A stretch of 64,000 nt of DNA from Planctomycetota bacterium (lineage in GTDB: Bacteria; Planctomycetota; B15-G4; JADJEK01), in contig JBGAIQ010000015.1 in assembly GCA_044225365.1 (NCBI GenBank), positions 65,449 to 129,448 of the forward strand, given 5' to 3'. The first letter of the stretch is position 1, and the number at the start of each line of letters is the position of its first letter. Below the pieces are notes generated by a model. The model was not told the origin of the DNA and made no database searches. It saw only the letters and a list, made by a program, of their open reading frames with translations. A program made the position numbers and the translations under genes. Shown piece by piece: positions 40,808-51,516 of this stretch.

Positions 40808-42556
40808 TCAATGCGCCGTCTTGCCGGCGTTCGAGCTCGCGGGGCCGCTGGGGTCGAGGAGCGCGCAACGCAGGCGGTCCTCCATGCTGGCGATCGTCGG
40901 CTCACCGAGGGATTCGCTCGTGAGTGCGTCGATCGCGGCGAGCAGATCGCGGCGCGCTCGTGCGCTCGGACCTGCGACTCCCGATGCGGCCTCCCGCATC
41001 TCGACGATGGAGAGAGCGTCGCGGCACAGGGCGATCTCCTTCGCTCGTGCGATCCATCGTCGCATCGATTCTGCGTTCGCGAGTGTTGCCGGCCACAGAT
41101 CGCGCCACTCGGCTCGCAGCGCTTCGATCTGCTCCAGGTCGCGTTCGACGCCGTCGCCGCTCTCGGCGCGCGTCATCGCGGATGCGTCGTTCGGTTCGTC
41201 GCCCGGGGCGGCTTCCGCGATGAGATCCGACCGGCGACTCACGAACCGATTGGCGAGGAAGATCATCGCGACGCCGACGATGATCGCGATTCCAGCGATC
41301 CGCAAGGAGGAATGGACCCGCGATGGCGGGGCCATCGCAGCGGCGTCACCCCGTCGTCGCGCACTCGTCTCGAGCGTCGCGAGGATCTCGTTGCCGAGGA
41401 CTTCCATCGATGTCGTTCGCTGCTCGGGCGCGCGCGCCATGGCGCGTTCGCAGATCGCGACGAGCGCCGCAGGCGCGTCCGGTTTCAGCGTGCGGATCGG
41501 AGTGGGATCGCCGAGGATCACGGCTTCGAGGATTCGGGCGGGGGAGAGTCGCGAACCGTGATCGCAGTACGGGACTTCGCCGGTGAGCAGTTCGTAGAGC
41601 ATCGCGCCGACGGAGTAGATGTCGGTGCAGGGCCCGATCGAATCGAACGCGCCTTCGATCTGCTCGGGGGCCATGTAGGCCGGTGAACCGACGATGAGGC
41701 CGTCCGACGAGAGGACCTGCGAGTCCGGCGTTCCGCAGCCCTTGTGCTCGACCGTGAAGGTGACCGATTCCTCCGGGATCGCCCTCGGGCGCGGGGGTGG
41801 CAGTCGCGTCTCGGGACCGGTGAGGAGACGCGCGCGGCCCCACTCCATGACGTAGAGCGCTCCGCAGCGGCCGATCACGATGTTCGCCGGTCGCAGATCG
41901 CGGTGGATCACGCCCCGTTCGTGCGCGTGTGCCATCGCTTCGCAGACCTTGACGAGGAGGAGCAACGCCCGCGACGGCGTGTACCCGGGCTCGTTCCGCT
42001 TCACGCGATCGAAGATCGCCTTGAGGTCGTCGCCCTCGAGGAGGCGCATCGTGAAGTAGGGGCGGCCTTCGTCGTCGACCCCGATCTCATGCACCGGGAC
42101 GATGTTCGGATGGCAGAGCTGTGCCGTGATCTGCGCTTCCTCGAAGAAGCGGCCGAGGCATTGGGTGCTCGTACTGCGCGCCCGCTTCAGTGCGAGCGGT
42201 CGCCGCGCGATGGGATCGAAGACGCGATACAGCGTTCCGTTCGGGCCCTTCGCGATCTCGCCGTCGTAGCGAAAGCGCGCGTGGGAGTTCGGGGTGCGTC
42301 GCATCGATTCGAAGAACGCGACCCAGGCCGGATCGTCCCGACCGCATGCCGAAGTCTCGACCGATTCGTCCGTCAACTGCTGTTTCGCGCGTTGACAGGT
42401 GAGTGCGCGCCACGCGTCGTAGCGGTGGCGCAGCTCAGGGGCATAGCCCGGAAACTGTCCGCACAGATCGTGGATGCTCGTCCGCTCGCCGCGCTCGAGT
42501 CGGGCGAGGAACTCCACGAAGAGTTGGTCGCAGTCGTTTGCCGAATCGCTCATCAT
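40808..42556 (-). CDS. Hanks-type Ser/Thr kinase-like membrane protein with degenerate catalytic motifs (start uncertain)
   Basis: LALK, HPNIVPVHE, HRDLRPAN, MEWG, GSPAYMAPEQ, DIYSVG; one TM segment. Confidence 0.8.
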   Translation of the reverse strand: MMSDSANDCDQLFVEFLARLERGERTSIHDLCGQFPGYAPELRHRYDAWRALTCQRAKQQLTDESVETSACGRDDPAWVAFFESMRRTPNSHARFRYDGEIAKGPNGTLYRVFDPIARRPLALKRARSTSTQCLGRFFEEAQITAQLCHPNIVPVHEIGVDDEGRPYFTMRLLEGDDLKAIFDRVKRNEPGYTPSRALLLLVKVCEAMAHAHERGVIHRDLRPANIVIGRCGALYVMEWGRARLLTGPETRLPPPRPRAIPEESVTFTVEHKGCGTPDSQVLSSDGLIVGSPAYMAPEQIEGAFDSIGPCTDIYSVGAMLYELLTGEVPYCDHGSRLSPARILEAVILGDPTPIRTLKPDAPAALVAICERAMARAPEQRTTSMEVLGNEILATLETSARRRGDAAAMAPPSRVHSSLRIAGIAIIVGVAMIFLANRFVSRRSDLIAEAAPGDEPNDASAMTRAESGDGVERDLEQIEALRAEWRDLWPATLANAESMRRWIARAKEIALCRDALSIVEMREAASGVAGPSARARRDLLAAIDALTSESLGEPTIASMEDRLRCALLDPSGPASSNAGKTAH

Positions 42557-42718
42557 CGTTCGAAGAACGCACTCCGTGCTCGTCGTGCCCGTTCCCACGA
42601 TGTGCGGCCAGGACGGTAGGGAGCCCTTCGAGTGGACTCAAGTGTATCAGCGTCGCGATACAAACGAAGGCGTCTACACTCGGGAGCCGATTCGTCGTCC
42701 CGTCCTGTCAAGGAGGCC

Positions 42719-43282
42719 ATGGTGGCGCTCGATCGTGAACGCGCGTGGGCGAAGTTGTGCGAGTGGACCCAGACCGACGCGCTGCGCTACCACGCGCGCG
42801 CGGTCGAGACCGTGATGCGCGCGGCCGCATTTCGCTATGGCGGCGGGGAGGTCGACGTCGAGCGATTCGGGATCGCGGGAATGCTGCACGACGCGGACTA
42901 CGAAGCGTGGCCCGAAGAGCATCCGAAGCGCATCGTCGAGTGGCTGCAGGATCAGGGCGAGCGCGAGATCGCCCATGCGATCGCCGCCCACTACACGAAG
43001 TGGGGCGTCTCCTACGACTCACCGCTCGACAAGGCCTTGCTCGCCTGCGACGAACTCACGGGCTTCGTCGGTGCCTGCTGCTTCGTGCGCCCCGACGGCA
43101 TCGCCTCGCTCGAGCCGAAGAGCGTGATGAAGAAGCTGAAGGACAAGAGCTTCGCCGCCAAGGTGGAACGCTCCGAGATCCAGGCGGGAATAGAACTCCT
43201 CGGGGTCGAGCCGGCGGCTCATATCCAGTTCGTGATCGACGCCCTGAAGCCCTTCGCCAAGGAGCTGGGGCTCACGAAGTAG
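42719..43282 (+). CDS. HD-domain (HDIG) metal-dependent phosphohydrolase
   Basis: LRYH, LHDADYE, ACDELTG, KDKSFA; AGGAGG RBS. Confidence 0.85.
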   Translation: MVALDRERAWAKLCEWTQTDALRYHARAVETVMRAAAFRYGGGEVDVERFGIAGMLHDADYEAWPEEHPKRIVEWLQDQGEREIAHAIAAHYTKWGVSYDSPLDKALLACDELTGFVGACCFVRPDGIASLEPKSVMKKLKDKSFAAKVERSEIQAGIELLGVEPAAHIQFVIDALKPFAKELGLTK

Positions 43283-43361
43283 CCGACCGCCCATCGCCAT
43301 CTGCTATACTGCCCGTCTTCTCAGCAACCCCTGAACGCATCCGTCACGGAGATTCCCCGAC

Positions 43362-44585
43362 ATGGCCGAGGCCATTACCAAGACCGCGCAAGGTCTCAAG
43401 GTTCCCGATCATCCGATCCTCCCGTTCATCGAAGGCGATGGCACGGGTCCCGATATCTGGCGGGCGTCGGTGCGCGTGTTCGACGCCGCGGTCAGCAAGG
43501 CCTACGGCGGCAAGCGCAAGATCGAGTGGCTCGAGGTGCTCGCGGGCGAGAAGGCGTTCAACCTCACGAAGAATTGGTTGCCAGACGAGACGCTCGACGC
43601 GTTCCGCAAGTACCTCGTCGGCATCAAGGGTCCGCTCACGACGCCCGTCGGCGGTGGCATCCGCTCCTTGAACGTCGCGCTGCGCCAGATCCTCGATCTC
43701 TACACCTGCCTGCGTCCGGTTCGGTATTTCCAGGGCGTGCCGAGCCCCGTCGTCCATCCGGAGAAGACCGACATGGTCATCTTCCGCGAGAACACGGAGG
43801 ACATCTACGCCGGCATCGAGTTCCAGAACGGCACGGGCGACTGCGACAAGTTCCGCCAGTTGCTCGAGACCAACTTCCCGAAGGCGTTCACGAAGGTGCG
43901 CTTCCCGGCGACGACCAGCTTCGGCATCAAGCCGGTGTCGAAGGAAGGCACGGAGCGCCTCGTGCGCGCCGCGATCGAGTACGCGATCGCCGAAGGCCGG
44001 TCGTCGGTGACGATCGTCCACAAGGGCAACATCATGAAGTTCACCGAAGGCGGCTTCCGCGACTGGGCGTACGCCCTCGCGAAGGACGCTTATGGCGGAA
44101 CGATCATCGATCAGGGGCCGTGGCAGAAGATCAAGATCGGAAGTCGCGAGATCACGATCAAGGACGAGATCGCGGACGCGTTCCTGCAGAAGATCCTGCT
44201 CCGCCCCGAGGACTACGGCGTCATCGCGACGCTGAACCTGAACGGCGACTACATCTCCGACGCGCTCGCGGCCTGCGTCGGCGGCATCGGCATCGCGCCG
44301 GGCGCGAACATCAACTACGAGACGGGCCACGCGATCTTCGAAGCGACTCACGGTACGGCGCCGAAGTACGCCGGCCAGGACAAGGTGAACCCGGGCTCGG
44401 TGATCCTCTCGGGTGAGATGATGCTGCGCTACATGGGTTGGAAGGAAGCGGCGGACCTCATCGTGAAGGGCGTCGAAGGCGCCATCGCGAAGAAGACCGT
44501 GACCTACGACTTCGAACGCCAGATGAAGGGCGCGACGCTCAAGAAGTGCTCTGAGTTCGGCGACGCCATCATCGCCAACATGTGA
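43362..44585 (+). CDS. icd: NADP-dependent isocitrate dehydrogenase
   Basis: [40 protein letters not shown] and [10 protein letters not shown] motifs. Confidence 0.96.
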   Translation: MAEAITKTAQGLKVPDHPILPFIEGDGTGPDIWRASVRVFDAAVSKAYGGKRKIEWLEVLAGEKAFNLTKNWLPDETLDAFRKYLVGIKGPLTTPVGGGIRSLNVALRQILDLYTCLRPVRYFQGVPSPVVHPEKTDMVIFRENTEDIYAGIEFQNGTGDCDKFRQLLETNFPKAFTKVRFPATTSFGIKPVSKEGTERLVRAAIEYAIAEGRSSVTIVHKGNIMKFTEGGFRDWAYALAKDAYGGTIIDQGPWQKIKIGSREITIKDEIADAFLQKILLRPEDYGVIATLNLNGDYISDALAACVGGIGIAPGANINYETGHAIFEATHGTAPKYAGQDKVNPGSVILSGEMMLRYMGWKEAADLIVKGVEGAIAKKTVTYDFERQMKGATLKKCSEFGDAIIANM

Positions 44586-45691
44586 GCTTCTCGATCGGGA
44601 TCGACTATCGCGTCGCGGTGGCCCACGCTCCAGGCGTGGGCCGCTACGTCCGCGAATCGACGCGCGCGCTCGCCGAGATCTCGGCCGCGGACGCCTCGTT
44701 CCGACTGAAGCTCATCGACGTCGGAAGTGAACCCGACGCCCTGCCTCGCGCGTCGCTCGGCATCGATCCATCGGCCGGGGGCGCGCGAGTCGTTCACCAA
44801 CGGTTCTTCTGGCCCCGGCGACTCGAGTGTGCGGTCGCGCGGTTCGGATTCCGCGCCGGACGCGCCGCGCGCGGACTCGACATCTTCCATCACGCGCGCT
44901 CACCCTACCTCGATCTCGAAACGGGCAACCAGACGATCGCGATCGGCGATCTGCCAGAATCGCCGCTCTCGCTCGACGAGCTGAGCGCTGTCGCGGCACG
45001 CTGCGCCGTCGTGTTCGCCTTCGCAGGGGCCGCCGTGGAGCCGATCGCTCGGGCGCTCGATCTCGATCCTTCTCGCTTGCGAGCCGTGCCCGTAGGCGCC
45101 GATCATTGGTCGCGTGAGATTCGCGTACCGCCATGCGCTGCGTCACCGCCACGCATCCTCGCGCTCGGCGCTCAGACCGCGCGGCGAGCGCCGCTCGATC
45201 TCTTCCTCGCCTTCGAGCGCGCGATCGTGGTCGGTGAGATTCCGTCCGACACCCGGCTGTGCCTCGCTGGCCGGCGCGAATCCGCCGATCCGGCCTTCCT
45301 CGCCGCGCTCGCCGCATCTCGATTCCGAGACCGCGTCGCGTTCGTAACGCCCGGCGAGCCGGAGCTGCCGCGGCTCGTCGCGGAATCTTCGCTGATGGTG
45401 CATCTCCATCGCGAAGCGCTCACGCCCGTGACGCCGCTCGAAGCGCTCTCCTGCGGCGTTCCGGTCCTCGTCGACGATGTGCCGGTCTTCCGTGAGGCGC
45501 TCGGTGCGGGCGCGGAGTACGTCGCGGATGCGCGCGATTCCAACGCACTGGCGTCCGGGATGGGGCGCGCGTTTGCGTCCCGGGACGATGCGACCGCGGC
45601 GGCGACGCGCGCGGCGATCGCATCGCGCTTCACGTGGCGGCGCAATGCCGAGGCGACGCTCGCGGTGTGGCGGGACGCACCGCGAGCGTGA
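44582..45691 (+). CDS. Glycosyltransferase family 4
   Basis: [16 protein letters not shown] and FTWRRNA motifs; GTGA overlap with icd. Confidence 0.75.
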   Translation: MSFSIGIDYRVAVAHAPGVGRYVRESTRALAEISAADASFRLKLIDVGSEPDALPRASLGIDPSAGGARVVHQRFFWPRRLECAVARFGFRAGRAARGLDIFHHARSPYLDLETGNQTIAIGDLPESPLSLDELSAVAARCAVVFAFAGAAVEPIARALDLDPSRLRAVPVGADHWSREIRVPPCAASPPRILALGAQTARRAPLDLFLAFERAIVVGEIPSDTRLCLAGRRESADPAFLAALAASRFRDRVAFVTPGEPELPRLVAESSLMVHLHREALTPVTPLEALSCGVPVLVDDVPVFREALGAGAEYVADARDSNALASGMGRAFASRDDATAAATRAAIASRFTWRRNAEATLAVWRDAPRA

Positions 45692-45721
45692 ATCTCGACT
45701 CGCGCTCGCGAGCCGCGGGGT

Positions 45722-47428
45722 TCAGGTACCGGGCTTGCCGATCAAGAAGCCGTTCGAGGTGGAGTAGCCGAGCGGCTTGGGATCGGTCGTGAGGACCTGC
45801 AGGTACACGTCGATCGGCAGATTGCTCGGAGTGAGCGTGAACGGGAAGCTGCCCGATCCGTTCCCCGGTCCCACTCCCGCGAGCGGCAGCGTCGTCGCCG
45901 GCGCGAGCAGCGGATTCACGAGGAGCGAGCATCCCGACGGCGGCGCGTAGTACAGCGGCGAGATCCCGACGAAGAGCAGCGCCATCGCGCCGCCATGCGC
46001 TTTGGTCACCTGCAGCGTGAGGGTTCCCGGCCCGTTCGCGACGCAGCCTGTCACGTCGAGCTGCGGCACGAATCCCCCCGTCCCGGGGCATCCCGAGCCG
46101 TAGGCGTACAAGGTCTGGCACGCGCTCTCGAAGAGATGAACGGCACCGAAGTACTGACCCGAGGGCGCGCCTTGCGCGCCGACGACGATGTCGGGCGAGC
46201 CATCGTTGTTGGTGTCGCCGCCGCCGTCGATCGAGGAGCCGAACTGGGCGCCGGCCGCCGCGCCCTGGAACGTGCGCAGGAGCGCGCCGCTTGCGCCGGA
46301 ATACAGGTGCACGACTCCGGACAAGGATCCGACCTGATTCGCCGTGGAGGCACCCACGAGGAGATCCGTCTTCCCGTCGCCGTCGTGATCGCCGGCGGCG
46401 GAGATCTGGGAACCCCAGCCACTGCTCCACAGGCCCGTCTTCGCGGAGATCAGGCCACCGGTCGCACCGGAGAGGATTCGCACGACGCCGAACGCTCCGA
46501 CCACGAGGTCCGATCGACCGTCCCCCGTGATGTCACCGAGCGAAGTCACGGCTTCTCCGAAGAACTCGCTGGGAACGCTTGCCCCGAGAGCGATTACCTG
46601 GGAGTAGGGGGCGATTCCGCGGAAGACTCGTGCGCTCCCCGCGAACGATCCGAACGTGAAGTCGCGCTCCGCGCCGACTACGAAGTCGTCCTTGCCGTCG
46701 CCATCGACATCGCCCGCGCCGCTCAGCGCGGCTCCGAAGTAGTCCGCGAGTTGGGGTCCGTACCACGTGTGGACCACCGCTCCCGTCGCGCCGGAGACGA
46801 GATGTACCGAACCATATTGGGTTCCGGAGATCGGACCACCGAGGTAGGCGCCGATCACTCCATCGACGAAGCCATCCGCGTCGACGTCTCCCGCGGGAGC
46901 GAGCGACTGCGGCTTCACGCCCGCGGTGTACCACGTGGTCGCGTTCCCCGGATAGAACCGCAGCGGGAGGAACGTCGCTCCGGAGTAGACGGTGACGACG
47001 CTCAAGGCGCCTGTCACGGGGTCGTGCGCCTGCGACGAGACCATGAAATCGGCGCGGCCATCGCCGTTCACGTCACCGGCCTCGGCGATCGACAGTCCAA
47101 AGTTCTCCGACGGCAGCGTGCCCGTATACGAATGCAGTGCGAGCGTGGTCGCTCCAGAGATGACGATCGCGATACCGCCATCGGAGGCGCCAGGTCCATC
47201 GTAGTTGGGTGCGGAAGTGAGGACGTCGCCGAAGCCGTCGCCATTCACGTCGCCGATCTGTCGAACGTTGAAACCGACTCCCGCTCCCTGTTGGGGACCG
47301 GCGAACGAGCGGCTCGAGTACTGAGCGTTCGCTTCACCCGCAACCGCGAGAAGCGCGGCGACCGCGGGGCACATCCGGAGGACCGAGTTCCCTCGCGCGG
47401 AGCGGCAGCGTGCACGGAAAGTCGTCAT
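45722..47428 (-). CDS. Secreted FG-GAP (integrin-alpha-like) repeat protein with C-terminal domain
   Basis: Repeated GDVNGDGxxD..VGA blades; signal peptide. Confidence 0.88.
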   Translation of the reverse strand: MTTFRARCRSARGNSVLRMCPAVAALLAVAGEANAQYSSRSFAGPQQGAGVGFNVRQIGDVNGDGFGDVLTSAPNYDGPGASDGGIAIVISGATTLALHSYTGTLPSENFGLSIAEAGDVNGDGRADFMVSSQAHDPVTGALSVVTVYSGATFLPLRFYPGNATTWYTAGVKPQSLAPAGDVDADGFVDGVIGAYLGGPISGTQYGSVHLVSGATGAVVHTWYGPQLADYFGAALSGAGDVDGDGKDDFVVGAERDFTFGSFAGSARVFRGIAPYSQVIALGASVPSEFFGEAVTSLGDITGDGRSDLVVGAFGVVRILSGATGGLISAKTGLWSSGWGSQISAAGDHDGDGKTDLLVGASTANQVGSLSGVVHLYSGASGALLRTFQGAAAGAQFGSSIDGGGDTNNDGSPDIVVGAQGAPSGQYFGAVHLFESACQTLYAYGSGCPGTGGFVPQLDVTGCVANGPGTLTLQVTKAHGGAMALLFVGISPLYYAPPSGCSLLVNPLLAPATTLPLAGVGPGNGSGSFPFTLTPSNLPIDVYLQVLTTDPKPLGYSTSNGFLIGKPGT

Positions 47429-47531
47429 CGAGATACTCCTTTTCTCTACCGACCGAGCGAAATAGTAACCCGCTTGGAGGACATCGCATAGTGCATATGC
47501 CTCCGCGTCGTTCGACGTCCGTACGTCGCTC

Positions 47532-50500
47532 TTACTGAGTGGCGTCGGCGCGGCGCAGCTTCGCGTCGAGGATCTCGGCGAGCAAGGAGACCCGCGGTTC
47601 CGTCATCAGATTGCGATGGCCGCCGGCGACATGAACGATCTCCATTCCGCCCCGTAACAGGGTTTCCCATGCGCCGCGAGTGGAATCGAAGATCGGATTC
47701 GCGCCGCCGCTCACGTAGAGCGCAGGAGCGCGGATCGGCCCTCCGACGTAGACCTGCCGCGCCTCGAGTTGATGGCGCGCGAGGACGAGGCGCGATCGAT
47801 CGGAGTCGGTCGCGGTGGCGATCTCCGAATCCGGGATCCGCTCGGAAGCGATACGCGCGAGGCCGGGCGGTCGAAGCACGTCGATCAGCACGAAGGCGTC
47901 GACGTGCGCGCCAGTGGCTTCGAGTTGGCGCACGATCTCGAACGCGACGATTCCGCCGAAGCAACGCCCGCCGATCCGATACGGACCCTCGGGTCGCACG
48001 CGGCGGATCGCTTCGACGTAGCGCGCGGCCATCGACTCGATCGTGGCCTCGGGTGCGTCGCCCGGCGTGATTCCGCGCGGCTGCAGTCCGACGAGCGGAA
48101 CGGCGAGGCGTCGCGCGAGCGGGACGAGCGCGCCGACGTCGTAGCCGGCGGGTGGGACCAAGAACACCGGAGGTTCCACCGTTTCGAAGACACTGCCTCC
48201 GAGAGCTTTGGAATTCCAAAGCGGGATGCAGATCGACGTGGGATCGCCGGCGTCGGAGCCGGGCGCTTGGGAACTCGAGCCGAGATCGCAAAGATGCAGG
48301 GCGAGCGCGCGAGCGGTCGGAAACCGCGCGAGCGCCCCGATCGGCACAGGTAGGCCCGTGCGCTTCTCGATCGCGAGCGCGACCTCGATCGCGAGCAGCG
48401 AATCGCCGCCGCTTGCGAAGAAGTCGGCGTCCGCGTCGAGCCCGGGGTCGCGCAGGCGCTCGCGCACCGCGGCGAGGATCGCGTGCTCGATCGCGGCGTC
48501 GGAGAGCGCCGGCCGTTCCGTCGTGAACGCACGCCCGCTCTCCTCGCGCGACTCGTCGGTCGCGCGCTTCGTGGCGACGGTATCCGGTGCGGAGGATGCG
48601 AGCGCGAGGAAGTCGACCTTGCCGGAAGGGAGACGCGGCAATCGCTCGCGAAACACGATCTCGCGCGGGATCGACGCTGCGAGAAGATCGCGGCCGAGGT
48701 GCTCGCGAAGCTCGGCCGGTGTCGCGGCGGAAGCGCTCTTCGATACCACGATGGCGCGCAGGTGGACTCCCGCCCCGCGCTCGTCGCGCACACCGACCAC
48801 CGCCGACTCGGCGACGGACGGATGGGCGCGGAGCGCCATTTCCACCGCACCGGGCTCGACCGCGATGCCGCGGATCTTCATTCGGCGATCGACGCGACCG
48901 TGGAATTCGAGGCATCCGTCCGCCGCGAAGCGGCCACGATCACCGGTGCGGAACGCGCGCTGCGCGCCCGCGAATTCCGGGATCGGCGCAAAGCGCTGCT
49001 GCGACAGCGCGCGGGCAGCGCTCGGCTGGGGCGGAGCCAACTCTCCGAGCGCGAGGCACTCGCCCGCGACGGCGATCTCGCCGAGCGCGCCGAGCGGCAG
49101 CGGAGCACCCGCGGCATCGACGATGGAGACTCGTACACCGTCGATCGGTCGACCGATCGGCACCCGCACGGCGGACAGGTCCTGCTCGCGCAGTTCGTGG
49201 ATCGTCGCGTCGGCGGTGGTCTCCGACGATCCCCACACGTCGAACAGCCGCGCGGAGGGGAATGCGGCGCGCAGTCGCGTGGCGAGCGCCGGCGAGATCT
49301 CTTCGCCGCTCGATACCACCGATCGCAGCCGCGGCAGGAAAGGCCTCCGCGGCTCGGCGCAGATCCGGGTGATCGCGCTGCCATGAACGGCGAGCATCGC
49401 GGAGAGTAGTGACGGCACGGCGGTGAGACGCGTGGCTCCGATCCGGTCGAGTTCCGCGACGAGCGCGCGCGCATCGCTCGCCGTCGTATCGTCGACGATC
49501 GCGACCTCGCTGCCCGCGAGCAACGGATCGATCCATTCGGCGATGGAGTCGACGAAGGCGAGCGACGTCTTCCACGGCGCCACGTCGCCGTCGCGAAAGG
49601 GGATCCGCCGCGCGAAGGCCGCGTGCCGCGCGAGCAGTGCGCGATGCGACAGGACGATCGCGCGCGGCGCGCCCGTCGAACCCGAAGTGTGGACGACGAA
49701 CGCGGCTCCCTCGTCGAGGACGCGGCGAGCACCCGCGCGCGCCTCGATCCGTTCACTCGCCGCTTCCGAGTCGTTCGTCCGCACGACGAGGGCGGGCTGC
49801 AGGAATTCGAGCGCCGCGGCGCGACGCTGCGCGGGAAGTCGCGGATCGACGAAGCCGACGATCGCGCCGCAGCGCAGTGCGGCGAGGGCGAAGATCGCGG
49901 TCCGCACCGAGCGTGGCGATTCGACGGCGACGAGTCGACCACGCTCGGCGCCGAGTGAGCCGAGCTGCGTGGCCTTCGCTTCGACTCGTTCGCGCAGCGC
50001 AGCGTAGTCGAGGACCAGGCTCCCTTCGCGCAACGCGATGCGATGCGCATCCTCGGGCCGCGCGGCGTGGGCGAGGATCGGCGTCACGAGGTCGCTCTCG
50101 TGCGAGCGATCACGATCTTCATCGCAGGTTGCATCGCTCGGCTCTACGCCCTCGAGTGCGGCGCCGGTCTCGACCGCGCGGCGTTGCGCGACCTCCGTGT
50201 CGGACTCGAGCGGGATCGAAGCGAGCGGTCGACCTGGCGTTTCGAGCCAGGCGTCGAGGAAGCGAAGGAGCTGCGGCAGGGCGCGCGCTGCGAGGCTCTC
50301 GCCCACGACGTCGACGCGCAACTCGAGCCCGAGCGCGGCGCTCGCATCGTCGATCCCGAGGAGGCGTCCGTGCACGAACGACGGCTCGCTGCCGCGCGGC
50401 AGATAGCGGTTGCGGATCGGCATCTGGGCGAATCGTTTCGCGCGCACCGGCATGTTGTTGAAGAAGGCGTCGACGGCCCGCAGGTCGAGCGGCTCGTGCG

Positions 50501-51476
50501 AATCCGCCGCGGCCCGGATCGCCGAGCGTGCCGACTCATGGACGCGCCGCGCCAGCGCGACGAGATCGTCGCCGGGCTCGACCGGGAGCGTCACGCGGAC
50601 CGGCCGCTGCAGCATGCCGATCGTGTCGCGGAGTTCCCTCGTCTTGCGGCGGTGCGTGGGCATCCCGATCTCGAGCGCACGAGGCAACGGTTCGGCGTCG
50701 ATCCGCGCGAGCCATCCCGAAAAGGCGGCGAACACGATGTTGCCGCACTCCACGACTCCGTCGTTGCCGAGGATCGAGCGCGCGACCCGTGCGATCGCTG
50801 CGCGTCGCGCCTCGCCGAGACGGCGCTCGAAGAGTCGCGAATGCGATGAACCGCGCGCGGCGTCGTGACCGAAGGGAGCGAGCCTGTTCGACAGGATCGG
50901 CGCGGACTCCGCGGTCTCGCTTCTTGTCGCATCGGGCATCGCGTCCGGCAGGTGCGGCAGGAACGACGGCGCCGGACCGGCGCTCCCCGGCTCCTCGTAC
51001 TCGCGTTCGAGCCGTGCGAGCATCACGCGATACGAGCCGTCGTCGAAGAACGCGTGATGAGCTTGGAACAAGAGCGCGTGCGAACGCTCTCCGAGCACGA
51101 CGAGTCGCGCTCGCGCGCGCCGCGACTCACTGGCGTGGGGCGGATGGACTCGCGCGACGAGCTCGCGCAACGCCCGGCGCTCCCCGACCTCGCGCACGCG
51201 CGACTCCAGCGAGATGGTCTCGAACGGCGTCGGTTCGCTCTGCGTTGGAACGACGATCTGGCCAAGCCCGTCGCTCGTGGTGACGAGCTCCATCCGCAGG
51301 GCGTCGCACGCGGCGACCACGCGCTCGAATGCCGCGCGAAGTCGATCGGGATCGAGTGCGCGCTCACGCTCGTCGAACGTGACCAGGAATCCGATCGAGT
51401 ACTGCCTCGCCGTGGCGTCGACGATCTCGTGCGCGCAGAGCTGTGCCTGCATCGGCAGCAGCGGGCGCGGTGTCAC
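47532..51476 (-). CDS. Single-module NRPS (C-A-PCP-TE) (start uncertain)
   Basis: C: HHAFFDD; A: TSGSTG, FRTGD, KIRG, LPSGKVD; PCP: FFASGGDSL; TE: GGRCFGG...GGH. Confidence 0.85.
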   Translation of the reverse strand: MTPRPLLPMQAQLCAHEIVDATARQYSIGFLVTFDERERALDPDRLRAAFERVVAACDALRMELVTTSDGLGQIVVPTQSEPTPFETISLESRVREVGERRALRELVARVHPPHASESRRARARLVVLGERSHALLFQAHHAFFDDGSYRVMLARLEREYEEPGSAGPAPSFLPHLPDAMPDATRSETAESAPILSNRLAPFGHDAARGSSHSRLFERRLGEARRAAIARVARSILGNDGVVECGNIVFAAFSGWLARIDAEPLPRALEIGMPTHRRKTRELRDTIGMLQRPVRVTLPVEPGDDLVALARRVHESARSAIRAAADSHEPLDLRAVDAFFNNMPVRAKRFAQMPIRNRYLPRGSEPSFVHGRLLGIDDASAALGLELRVDVVGESLAARALPQLLRFLDAWLETPGRPLASIPLESDTEVAQRRAVETGAALEGVEPSDATCDEDRDRSHESDLVTPILAHAARPEDAHRIALREGSLVLDYAALRERVEAKATQLGSLGAERGRLVAVESPRSVRTAIFALAALRCGAIVGFVDPRLPAQRRAAALEFLQPALVVRTNDSEAASERIEARAGARRVLDEGAAFVVHTSGSTGAPRAIVLSHRALLARHAAFARRIPFRDGDVAPWKTSLAFVDSIAEWIDPLLAGSEVAIVDDTTASDARALVAELDRIGATRLTAVPSLLSAMLAVHGSAITRICAEPRRPFLPRLRSVVSSGEEISPALATRLRAAFPSARLFDVWGSSETTADATIHELREQDLSAVRVPIGRPIDGVRVSIVDAAGAPLPLGALGEIAVAGECLALGELAPPQPSAARALSQQRFAPIPEFAGAQRAFRTGDRGRFAADGCLEFHGRVDRRMKIRGIAVEPGAVEMALRAHPSVAESAVVGVRDERGAGVHLRAIVVSKSASAATPAELREHLGRDLLAASIPREIVFRERLPRLPSGKVDFLALASSAPDTVATKRATDESREESGRAFTTERPALSDAAIEHAILAAVRERLRDPGLDADADFFASGGDSLLAIEVALAIEKRTGLPVPIGALARFPTARALALHLCDLGSSSQAPGSDAGDPTSICIPLWNSKALGGSVFETVEPPVFLVPPAGYDVGALVPLARRLAVPLVGLQPRGITPGDAPEATIESMAARYVEAIRRVRPEGPYRIGGRCFGGIVAFEIVRQLEATGAHVDAFVLIDVLRPPGLARIASERIPDSEIATATDSDRSRLVLARHQLEARQVYVGGPIRAPALYVSGGANPIFDSTRGAWETLLRGGMEIVHVAGGHRNLMTEPRVSLLAEILDAKLRRADATQ

Positions 51477-51516
51477 GCCGCGAGGCGAATCAGGACTCTC
51501 TGTCGCGCACACGGGC

